From Mustelus asterias (lineage: Eukaryota): DNA of 64,000 nt. Positions 22,976 through 33,279 of this stretch are shown here, piece after piece. Location: the NCBI RefSeq assembly GCF_964213995.1, contig NC_135804.1, positions 67,580,001 through 67,644,000 on the forward strand. The letters run 5' to 3'. The notes beneath the pieces are model-generated. The model did not search any database, was not told the DNA's origin, and was given only the letters and a program-made list of their open reading frames with translations. Within the stretch, counting starts at the first letter, position 1, and every line of letters starts with the position of its first letter. Made by a program: the position numbers and the translations under genes.

Positions 22976-25643
22976 TTACAAATAGTGTGACATGAACCCA
23001 ATATCCCGGTTGAGGCTGTCCTCGTGTGTGCGGAACTTGGCTATCAGTTTCTGCTCAGCGACTCTGCGTTGTCGTGTGTCGCGAAGGCCGCCTTGGAGAA
23101 CGCTTACCCAAATATCAGAGGCCGAATGCCCGTGACCACTGAAGTGCTCCCCAACAGGAAGAGAACAGTCTTGCCTGGTGATTGTCGAGCGGTGTTCATT
23201 CATCTGTTGTCGCAGCATCTGCATAGTTTCCCCAATGTACCATGCCTCGGGACATCCTTTCTTGCAGCGTATCAGGTAGACAACGTTGGCCAAATTGCAA
23301 GAGTATGTACCGTGTACCTGGTGGATGGTGTTCTCACGTGAGATGATGGCATCTGTGTCAATGATCCGGCACGTCTTGCAGAGGTTGCTGTGGCAGGGTT
23401 GTGTGGTGTCATGGTCACTGTTCTCCTGAAGGCTGGGTAGTTTGCTGCGGACAATGGTCTGTTTGAGGTTGTGCGGTTGTTTGAAGGCAAGAAGTGGGGG
23501 TGTGGGGATGGCCTTGGCGAGATGTTCGTCTTCATCAATGACATATTGAAGGCTCCGGAGGAGATGCCGTAGGTTCTCCGCTCCGGCGAAGTACTGGACA
23601 ACGAAGGGTACTCTGTCCACTGTGTTCCGTGTTTGTCTTCTGAGGAGGTCGGTGCAGTTTTTCGCTGTGGCGCGTTGGAACTGTTGATCAATGAGTCGAG
23701 CGCCATATCCTGTACTTATGAGGGCATCTTTCAGCGTCTGGAGGTGTTTCTTGCGATCCTCCTCATCCGAGCAGATCCTGTGTATACGGAGGGCTTGTCC
23801 GTAGGGGATGGCTTCTTTAACGTGTTTAGGGTGGAAGCTGGAGAAGTGGAGCATCGTGAGGTTATCTGTGGGCTTGCGGTACAGTGAGGTGCTGAGGTGA
23901 CCGTCCTTAATGGAGATGCGTGTGTCCAAGAATGCAACCGATTCCGGAGAGTAGTCTATGGTGAGTCTGATGGTGGGATGGAACTTGTTGATGTCATCAT
24001 AGAGTTGTTTCAGTGATTGTCCAAAGGAAGAAAATGTCATCGATGTATCTAGTGTATATCATCGGTTGAAGGTCCCGTGCGGTGAAGAAGTCTTGTTTGA
24101 ACCTGTGCATGAAGATGTTGGCATATTAAGGTGCGAATTTGTTCCCCATGGCTGTTCCGTGTGTCTGGATGAAGAACTGGTTGTTGAAGGTGAAGATATT
24201 GTGGTCCAGGATGAAGCGGAGGAGATGTAAAATTGCATCTGGAAACTGGCAGTTGTTGGCGCTGAGCACTGAGGCCGTTGCAGCAATGCCATCGTCATGG
24301 GGGATGCTGGTGTAGAGTGCCGAGACATCCATTGTGACGAGGAGAGCTCCTGGTTCAACTGCTCCATGTGTGCTGAGTTTCTGTAGGAAGTCCGTCGTGT
24401 CGCAACAAAAGCTGGGGGTTCTTTGTACAATGGGTTTCAGTATGCCCTCGACATAGCCGGAGAGGTTCTCGCACAGGGTCCCATTGCCCGATACGATGGG
24501 ACGGCCGGGTGTGTTTGCCTTGTGTATCTTCGGGAGGCAGTAGAGATCTCCAACGCGGGGAGTACGTGGGATGAGAGCATGGAGGGTGTTCTGAAAGTTC
24601 GGATCAAAGGTCATGATCAGAGTGTTGAGTTGACGGGTGTGTTCTTTGGTCGGATCTGCAGGTAACTGTCTGTAGTGTTCCTTGTTGTTGAGTTGTTGGT
24701 ACACTTCGTTGCAGTAATCCGTTCTGTTCAGTATGACGATGGCCCCTCCTTTGTCTGCTGGTTTGATGGCAATGTTGCGGTTGGTCTTGAGAGCGTGGAT
24801 GGCGTTACGTTGTGCTTGGGTGATGTTCGGGGCTGTCTTGTGAGTGCGGCTGATGAATTTGGTGTTGACGCACCTCCTGACGGCTTGGGCATACATGTCA
24901 AGTCGAGGGCAGCGGCCTTCCGGAGGAGTCCAATTCGACTCTTTCCTCTTCGGATGCACTGCGGATCTCTCTGTTGGCTATTCCGGTTCATTGGCTGTCT
25001 CATTGTGTTCGTTGTTGGCCTCTTGGGGTTTGTGGAAGAACTCCCTCAGCTTCATTCGCCTGATGAATTCCTCTGTGTCTGCTGCGAGACTGATGGGGTC
25101 TATTTTGGTGGTGGGGCAAAAATTAAGCCCTCGGCTGAGAACTTCGATTTCATCTGGTTGAAGTGTGTAGTCGGACAAGTTGACAATGGACTTCCCTGCA
25201 GTGGTACTGTTTTCTACTGTGGTACGGGGGGAGGCTTGGTTGCTGCTGGTGGAGATGCCGAGTTTCTCAAGTTTCCTGTTCTTGGCGTGCATGTAGATGG
25301 TGTAGCTCCTTTGTCTCGTCTGCTTGGCAGAGTTTCGCAGCTGGTCTGCATACTGAGCGCACGTTGAGAATGTGGACTCTATCTTGGTTTCCAGGCTGCG
25401 GCGTTTGCTGTAGAGTTGGTGTATGAGGTGGTTGAGGAGGGTGAGAGAGGTGCGACGGCAAAGTCTCTCAGCGTAGTCTGTGTTATAGGTTGACCTGAGT
25501 GGGTTCGTGATCCGTAGTCCTTTCGGTATCTTGTCTGCTTTCTTGCATCTTTGTAGAAACTTGATGTCTGTGTCGATATGCGCGATCTTCTTGGAGATCC
25601 TCTCCACTTGGAGCCGGCAGTTTGCGGTGTCGATGGTAGTCAT
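22976..25643 (-). pseudogene. PLE ORF, unit 1 (premature stops at 24978 and 24126, small deletion near 24020)
   Basis: ORFs 24978-25679, 24126-24959 and 22976-24040 together give the N-terminal domain, RT and GIY-YIG; ATG (MTTIDTANC) at 25643. Confidence 0.9.
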
Positions 25644-25736
25644 GAGGTGGAGATGCCGGTGTTGGACTGGGGTAAACACAGTAAGAAGTTTAACAACACC
25701 AGGTTAAAGTCCAACAGGTTTATTTGGTAGCAAAAG

Positions 25737-25782
25737 CCACACAAGCTTTCGGAGCTCTAAGCCCCTTCTTCAGGTGAGTGGG
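25737..25782 (-). ncRNA. Minimal hammerhead ribozyme in array pLTR 2
   Basis: CAC CTGAAGA A GGGGCT TAG AGCTCC GAAA GCTT GTG. Confidence 0.75.
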
Positions 25783-25985
25783 AATTCTGTTCACAAACAG
25801 AGCATATAAAGACACAAACTCAATTTACATGAATAATGGTTGGAATGCGAATACTTACAACTAATCAAGTCTTTAAGAAACAAAATAATGTGAGTGGAGA
25901 GAGCATCAAGACAGGGTAAAAAGATGTGTATTGTCTCCAGAAAAGACAGCCAGTGAAACTCTGCAGGTCCAGTCAACTGTGGGAG

Positions 25986-28658
25986 TTACAAACAGTGTGA
26001 CATGAACCCAATATCCCGGTTGAGGCCGTCCTCGTGTGTGCGGAACTTGGCTATAGGTTTCTGCTCAGCGACTCTGCGCCGTCGTGTGTCGCGAAGGCTG
26101 CCTTGGAGAACGCTTACCCGAATATCAGAGGCCGAATGCCCGTGACCGCTGAAGTGCTCCCCAACAGGAAGAGAACAGTCTTGCCTGGTGATTGTCGAGC
26201 GGTGTTCATTCATCCGTTGTCGCAGCGTCTGCATAGTTACCCCAATGTACCATGCCTCGGGACATCCTTTCTTGCAGCGTATCAGGTAGACAACGTTGGC
26301 CGAATTGCAAGAGTATGTACCGTGTACCTGGTGGATGGTGTTCTCACGTGAGATGATGGCATCCGTGTCGATGATCCGGCACGTCTTGCAGAGGTTGCTG
26401 TGGCAGGGTTGTGTGGTGTCATGGTCACTGTTCTCCTGAAGGCTGTGTAGTTTGCTGCGGACAATGGTCTGTTTGAGGTTGTGCGGTTGTTTGAAGGCAA
26501 GAAGTGGGGGTGTGGGGATGGCCTTGGCGAGATGTTCGTCTTCATCAATGACATATTGAAGGCTCCGGAGGAGATGCCATAGGTTCTCCGCTCCGGGGAA
26601 GTACTGGACAACGAAGGGTACTCTGTCCACTGTGTTCCGTGTTTGTCTTCTGAGGAGGTCGGTGCAGTTTTTCGCTGTGGCGCGTTGGAACTGTTGATCA
26701 ATGAGTCGAGCGCCATATCCTGTACTTATGAGGGCATCTTTCAGCGTCTGGAGGTGTTTCTTGCGATCCTCCTCATCCGAGCAGATCCTGTGTATACGGA
26801 GGGCTTGTCCGTAGGGGATGGCTTCTTTAACGTGTTTAGGGTGGAAGCTGGAGAAGTGGAGCATCGTGAGGTTATCCGTGGGCTTGCGGTACAGTGAGGT
26901 GCTGAGGTGACCGTCCTTAATGGAGATGCGTGTGTCCAAGAATGCAACCGATTCCGGAGAGTAGTCTATGGTGAGTCTGATGGTGGGATGGAACTTGTTG
27001 ATGTCATCATAGAGTTGTTTCAGTGATTGTTCACCATGAGTCCAAAACAAGAAAATGTCATCGATGTATCTAGTGTATAGCATCGGTTGAAGGTCCCGTG
27101 TGGTGAAGAAGTCTTGTTTGAACCTGTGCATGAAGATGTTGGCATATTGAGGTGCGAATTTGGTCCCCATGGCTGTTCCGTGTGTCTGGATGAAGAACTG
27201 GTTGTTGAAGGTGAAGATATTGTGGTCCAGGATGAAGCGGAGGAGATGTAAAATTGCATCTGGAAACTGGCAGTTGTTGGCGCTGAGCACTGAGGCCGTT
27301 GCAGCAATGCCATCGTCATGGGGGATGCTGGTGTAGAGTGCCGAGACATCCATTGTGACGAGGAGAGCTCCTGGTTCAACTGCTCCATGTGTGCTGAGTT
27401 TCTGTAGGAAGTCTGTCGTGTCGCAACAAAAGCTGGGGGTTCTTTGTACAATGAGTTTCAGTATGCCCTCGACATAGCCGGAGAGGTTCTCGCACAGGGT
27501 CCCATTGCCTGATACGATGGGACGGCCGGGTGTGTTTGCCTTGTGTATCTTCGGGAGGCAGTAGAGATCTCCAACGCGGGGAGTACGTGGGATGAGAGCA
27601 CGGAGGGTGTTCTGAAGGTCCGGATCAAAGGTCTTGATCAGAGTGTTGAGTTGACGGGTGTGTTCTTTGATCGAATCTGCAGGTAACTGTCTGTAGTGTT
27701 CCTCGTTGTTGAGTTGTCGGTACACTTCTTTGCAGTAATCCGTTCTGTTCAGTATGACGATGGCCCCTCCTTTGTCTGCTGGTTTGATGGCAATGTTGCG
27801 GTTGGTCTTGAGAGCGTGGATGGCGTTACGTTGTGCTTGGGTGATGTTCGGGGCTGTCTTGTGAGTGCGGCTGATGAATTTGGTGTTGACGCACCTCCTG
27901 ATGGCTTGGGCATAAATGTCAAGTCGAGGGCAGCGGCCTTCCGGAGGAGTCCAATTCGACTCTTTCCTCTTCGGATGCACTGCGGATCTCTCTGTTGGCT
28001 ATTCCGGTTCATTGGCTGTCTCATTGTGTTCGTTGTTGGCCTCTTGGGGTTTGTGGAAGAACTCCCTCAGCTTCATTCGCCTGATGAATTCCTCTGTGTC
28101 TGCTGCGAGACTGATGGGGTCTATTTTGGTGGTGGGGCAAAAATTAAGCCCTTGGCTGAGAACTTCGATTTCATCTGGTTGAAGTGTGTAGTCGGACAAG
28201 TTGACAATGGACTTCCCTGCAGTGGTACTGTTTTCTATTGTGGTACGGGGGGAGGCTTGGTTGCTGCTGGTGGAGATGCCGAGTTTCTCAAGTTTCCTGT
28301 TCTTGGTGTGCATGTAGATGGTGTAGCTCCTTTGTCTCGTCTGCTTGGCAGAGTTTCGCAGCTGGTCTGCAGCCTGAGCGCAAGTTGAGAATATGGACTC
28401 TATCTTGGTTTCCAGGCTGCGGCGTTTGCTGTAGAGTTGGTGTATGAGGTGGTTGAGGAGGGTGAGAGACGTGCAAAGTCTCTCAGCGTAGTCTGTGTTA
28501 TAGGTTGACCTGAGTGGGTTTGTGATCCGTAGTCCTTTCGGTATCTTGTCTGCTTTCTTGCATCTTTGTAGAAAGTTGATGTCTGTGTCGATATCCGCGA
28601 TCTTCTTGGAGATCCTCTCCACTTGGAGCCGGCAGTTTGCGGTGTCGATGGTAGTCAT
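25986..28658 (-). pseudogene. PLE ORF, unit 2 (full length apart from one in-frame TAG at 27999-28001)
   Basis: ORFs 27999-28694 and 25986-27980 are in the same frame, separated by the TAG and 6 codons; RT YIDD and GIY-YIG are intact. Confidence 0.9.
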
Positions 28659-28751
28659 GATGTGGAGATGCCGGTGTTGGACTGGGGTAAACACAGTAAG
28701 AAGTTTAACAACACCAGGTTAAAGTCCAACAGGTTTATTTGGTAGCAAAAG

Positions 28752-28797
28752 CCACACAAGCTTTCGGAGCTCTAAGCCCCTTCTTCAGGTGAGTGGG
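28752..28797 (-). ncRNA. Minimal hammerhead ribozyme in array pLTR 3
   Basis: Identical to 25737-25782. Confidence 0.75.
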
Positions 28798-29071
28798 AAT
28801 TCTGTTCACAAACAGAGCATATAAAGACACAAACTCAATTTACATGAATAATGGTTGGAATGCGAATACTTACAACTAATCAAATCTTTAAGAAACAAAA
28901 TAATGTGAGTGGAGAGAGCATCAAGACAGGGTAAAAAGATGTGTATTGTCTCCAGAAAAGACAGCCAGTGAAACTCTGTAGGTCCAGTCAACTGTGGGGG
29001 TTACAAATAGTGTGACATGAACCCAATATCCCGGTTGAGGCCGTCCTCGTGTGTGCGGAACTTGTCGAGCG

Positions 29072-29625
29072 GTCGACAATCACCAGGCAAGACTGTTCTC
29101 TTCCTGTTGGGGAGCACTTCAGCGGTCACGGGCATTCGCCCTCTGATATTCGGGTAAGCATTCTCCAAGGCGGCCTTCACGACACACGACGGCACAGAGT
29201 CGCTGAGCAGAAACTGATAGCCAAGTTCCGCACACATGAGGACGGCCTCAACCGGGATATTGGGTTCATGTCACACGATCTGTAATCCCCATAGCTTGCC
29301 TGGACTTGCAGAGTCTCACTGGTTGTCCTGTCTGGAGACAATACACATCTCTTTCACCTGTCTTAATGCTCTCTCCACTCACATTGTCTGTACCTTTAAG
29401 ACTTGATTAGCTGTCAGTATTCGCATTCCAACCATTATTCTGTAAATTGAGTTTGTGTCTTTATATGCCCTGTTTGTGAACAGAATTCCTACTCACCTGA
29501 AGAAGGAGCTTAAGGCTCCGAAAGCTTGTGGGTTTTGCTACCAAATAAACATGTTGGACTTTAACCTGGTTTTGTTAAACTTCTTACTGTGTTTACCCCA
29601 GTCCAACGCCGGCATCTCCACATCA
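29072..29625 (+). mobile_element. PLE 3' fragment (GIY-YIG end plus pLTR) of a related subfamily, inverted relative to the array
   Basis: ORF 29049-29285; its pLTR differs from the array pLTR; hammerhead at 29488-29532 (helix II GGAGCT TAA GGCTCC); ends CATCTCCACATCA. Confidence 0.9.
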
Positions 29626-29639
29626 TTACATTTATTTAA

Positions 29640-30801
29640 CCCATCCTCTTAATTAAACCCTACTGCAATCAATATCACTTCTCTGATCTCTGACATTTTG
29701 AGGGCCTGGCAGGGCAGAGCGTACAGAATTGCTTAAGCACATGACTATCAGCTTTACTTCTTCCCTTTCATCTAACCTGTGTATTATCTTTTGCTGTCTA
29801 ACCTCCTCAAAGAAACTGTGTGGGTCAGCCGGTGGCTCAAAAGTTGGGATTTTATTTGCAATTTCGGCCAATTGTGCCACCGTAAACGGGGTCGTGTATG
29901 TAACAGCTGGGCCCTGAGCCTCTCTTACCCGTCACTGGGTGCATTGGTACCGGAAGTGAATCTGGGGGCACGGTGGGTATGACTTCCCCTGGGAAAGATG
30001 GTGGTAGACCCCAATCCTCGGTTCGCGTAACGTACAGCTTAGCATTTTTTTTTAACTCTCCCCAATCTGCATTCTCTCTCTCCTCTTCCTCTACTGTCCT
30101 GAAGGTACACAAATCCATTTTGAACTGATAATCGGGATTTCAGCCGTGAAATTTCTTGCTGGCATTTGGAGTGGTCAGTGGTTGCCTGTCTCTGTTCTTT
30201 ACTTGGCTTGATGTAACGCTTTTATTGCCACCTGCAGATCAGTGCACTTAGCTTCCAATCGTGCTACTGCCTGCTCGACTTCACCTTCGGCCAAGACAGC
30301 GTGCTGGGCATCTTGGTAGGCTCTCTCATACTGGGTCTGAAAATTGCCCAGATGTAATAAATTTGCCTGGTTTGTTCTTCTTAATTCGTTTACCTCTGTC
30401 TTTTTCTGCTTTTATTTGTTCTATCCTCTCCTGCTGCTGTTCCTTTAGTTTCTTAATCTCCGCATACTTTTCCTCTCTTAATTTCCTGAATCCCTCTTTC
30501 TCCTCTTGTACCTGCTTCGATTCCTCCAGTTCCTTATGAACTGTGTTTAGTTCCTTTTCTGTTCCCAGCAGCTGTCCTAAGCAGCTCACCATGGCAGTCG
30601 CTTTCTCACATTTGCCCATTTTCCCTGAACTTTCCTCAGTTCGTCCCAATACTTCTGCCCTAGGGATCCTGGTCCCGTCTCAGTATTGGCACAAACTTCT
30701 GCCCATAGGGGCCACCCTTTCTTCTTAATATATTGCCTGATTTTTGTTTCCCACAGGGGACACTTCTCTGTCTCTGTGCTGTTTCCTGTATTCAATGACA
30801 A
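29640..30801 (-). pseudogene. Frameshifted retrovirus-like gag remnant (MA-like N-terminus, coiled coil, capsid N-terminal region)
   Basis: Lies directly downstream of LTR B. Fragments CPLWETKIRQYIKKKGWPLW, an E/K/Q-rich coiled coil, and PMHPVT..VTYTTPFTVAQLAEIA..FFEEV, which resembles the retroviral CA YxPF..L motif. Confidence 0.55.
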
Positions 30802-30901
30802 GGGATAGGGAGTTGATTGGGCTGCGGGTAAGGCTTTGGGCTATGTTCCGGTCCTAATCCCTCCAGATCCCAATGTAAATCTACAGAGTTTATCCTAAGT
30901 C

Positions 30902-31670
30902 TGTTTTAACCCTTAAACGGAGGACAAAGACTTGTGAATAGACTTCTTGTTCGGACAATAATATTTATTTACACAATTATTAATCACCCACCCAATCAAC
31001 AATAAGTTATCTTACAGAATACTAAAGTTCGAGTCCAATATTAGACCTTGACTGAACATTTGCGTGACTGGCAAGTACCCAGGCAATATTGGCCTTTATC
31101 CGCCTGTTGGTCTCCGTAGTCTGTGTGGTCTGGTCTTTTGGTCTGGTCTGATACTGTGGCTCAGGTCTTCCTTCCTTCCTTGGGTGTGGTGGTTCTCCTC
31201 GTGCTGATGATGGTCACCGTTGTTGTCGTTCGTTGGTGGAGAGAGAGAGAGATTCTTCTGTTGCACAGCACCTTTATACCTCATTGGTTTTCGTGCCCTT
31301 TTTGGCCATTGCCAAACAATCGATCAGGGCTTGATCACCCTGATCGATAAGGTCCAATCAGGTGCTGCCACACCGATCTTTGGGTGTGTACCCAACGGCC
31401 ATGCCTGTAGGTGCTGGAAGCATGTAGGTCACAGACCTCCCTCCGAAATAAGAGGTTAAGACTCCCCTTTGTCTGGTAAACAAGTATGTTTGTCCAGGGA
31501 GTGTCTATTGTCTTTGGGATGGCCTATTTTCTGTCTATTCAGTCGTCTAAGCTGCAGCCTTTTTATCTCTGTCCTTTTCTTTTGAGACTGCAGCCTGCCT
31601 GTTTCCGTGCTTGTCCAATTATCCCTGGGTGCTCTGTAAATCACCATTTTAGGTGGCCCATTTGGCCACA
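30902..31670 (-). repeat. LTR copy B (putative 5' LTR)
   Basis: TG...CA ends on the minus strand, TATA box GGTATAAAGG (~31270-31280), AATAAA (~30964-30969); direct repeat of 20328-21556. Confidence 0.8.
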
Positions 31671-32199
31671 GGATGCACTAATGGTGCTTAATGTCCTGCA
31701 TAAATAAAGACAGAACCTCGCTAAATCTTTATGTTTATTTCTGCCCAGCAGCTGACCCAGTTGACAGGGTGGTCAGGTGGAATAGCAATGGTAGGAGCCC
31801 ACAACTCAGACCCTCGACAGTCAAGCATAAATTTGGATGCTGGAACTTCAGAGGGTGGGAGGGTGGCCATTGTGGTCAGGTAATTTGGATTTGTCTGGGA
31901 AAGTACTGAAGTGCTTGGGAGTAGGATGGTGGAAAAGAGGCTCCAGGTTTCCTCCCGGGCTTATGGGAACACTCCTGGTCCACATGGAGTGTTGGAAAAA
32001 AAAAACATGTATCTTTTAGAGTCAGTGATTATTGTCTTTCAGGGCATCATAACATGGCCTAATTTCATATTTAGATTATGGTGAGAAGTATGGGTCTCAG
32101 ACTGGTGTCTTATGTTTAAATGCGATTGCAAGAGAATGAGGACTGATTTGGCTAAAGTGCATTGGGAAATAGGTTTAAAAAGTTGAAAGGTATTCCACC

Positions 32200-32390
32200 C
32201 CTATATCCCCACACATTTACCATGGCCATTCCACCTATCCTGCACATCTTTGGTCTGTGGGAAGAAAGTGGAGCATCCAGAGGAAACCCACACAGGCATA
32301 GGGAGAAAATGTAAACTCCAGACAAGCATTTACTACCTCAGGCCAGAATCGAACCTGGGTCCCTAGGGCTATGAGACAGCAATGCTAACT
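32200..32390 (-). mobile_element. V-type SINE, diverged
   Basis: GGAGCATCCAGAGGAAACCCAC and AATCGAACCTGGGTCCC motifs. Confidence 0.7.
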
Positions 32391-32449
32391 TTTGGAATGC
32401 CCACCTTTTCAGAAAGGAGTTTGATATGAGAAGGATTGTAATTTTCTTT

Positions 32450-33275
32450 GCTAGCTAAGGAAGTTAACGATAGTATTCAGTATTAACCAAACCGTACACC
32501 AGTACTCTGAGCGTGGCCTCATTAGAACTTTGTAGAGTTGCAGCAATACCTCTTTACTTTTATACTTCAGCCCTTTTGAAATAAAAGCCAACATTTCATT
32601 TGCTTTTCGTATTACCATCTGGACCTGCATGCTACATTTCTGGGTTTCATGAGCACGGACCCTCAAATCCCTTTGTGCTGCAGCTTTCTGCAGTCACTCT
32701 CCATTTAAATAATAATCCACCTTCTCATTTTTCTTTCCAAAGTAAACAATCCCATATTTTCCCACAGTGAATTATTCCATTTGTTAGCTTTCTGCTCCCT
32801 CATTTAACCTGTCAATATCTTTGAATGATTGATAGCTTCATTTCAACATTCCTTCTCTCTAACCTTTATATTATCCACATCCGCAAATTTGGCCAGAGTG
32901 CTCGCTGTTCCTTCCCACAAATCATTTAATATATATTGTGAAGAGCTGTGGTCCGAGCATTGATCCGTGTGGCACTCCAATGGTTGCTTCGTTCCTACCT
33001 GAGAAAGACTGCATTATCAGTGCTTCCTGTTAATTAGTCAATCTTCCATCCATGATAAAATATTACCTCCAACGCCGTTGCCTTTTGTGTGGTACCTTAT
33101 CGAATGCCTTTTGAAAATCCAAATATACAACATTTACTGGTTCTCCGCTCTCTACTTTGGCTGATACACCCTCAAAAAACTCCAGTAAATTTGTCAGACA
33201 TGATTTTCGCTTCATTAAACCCACTGACGCTGCTTGATCAGGTTATGACATTCCAAATGCGCCATGATCGTCTCC
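32450..33275 (-). mobile_element. Old CR1 RT fragment (continues at ~36640-38160, split by the younger CR1 and the U2 element)
   Basis: ORF 32451-32666 (KANEMLAFISKGLKYKSKEVLLQLYK) and decayed RT motifs. Confidence 0.75.
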
Positions 33276-33279
33276 TTAA

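Larger units (their letters stand above)
22637..29063 (-). mobile_element. Head-to-tail tandem array of Penelope-like elements (pLTR-ORF-pLTR-ORF-pLTR-partial ORF)
   Basis: pLTR ends at 22637, 25647 and 28662 give periods of 3010 and 3015 bp; the units are near-identical. Confidence 0.95.

Noticed and set aside
24675-25367. 230-aa plus-strand ORF present in both array units (also 27696-28388)
   Set aside because: Antisense shadow of the PLE ORF; its recurrence is explained by unit identity, and it has no recognisable domain.
25986-28658. Selenoprotein-type PLE recoding
   Set aside because: The interrupting codon is TAG, not TGA, and the endonuclease is C-terminal, unlike the Naiad clade where this is described.
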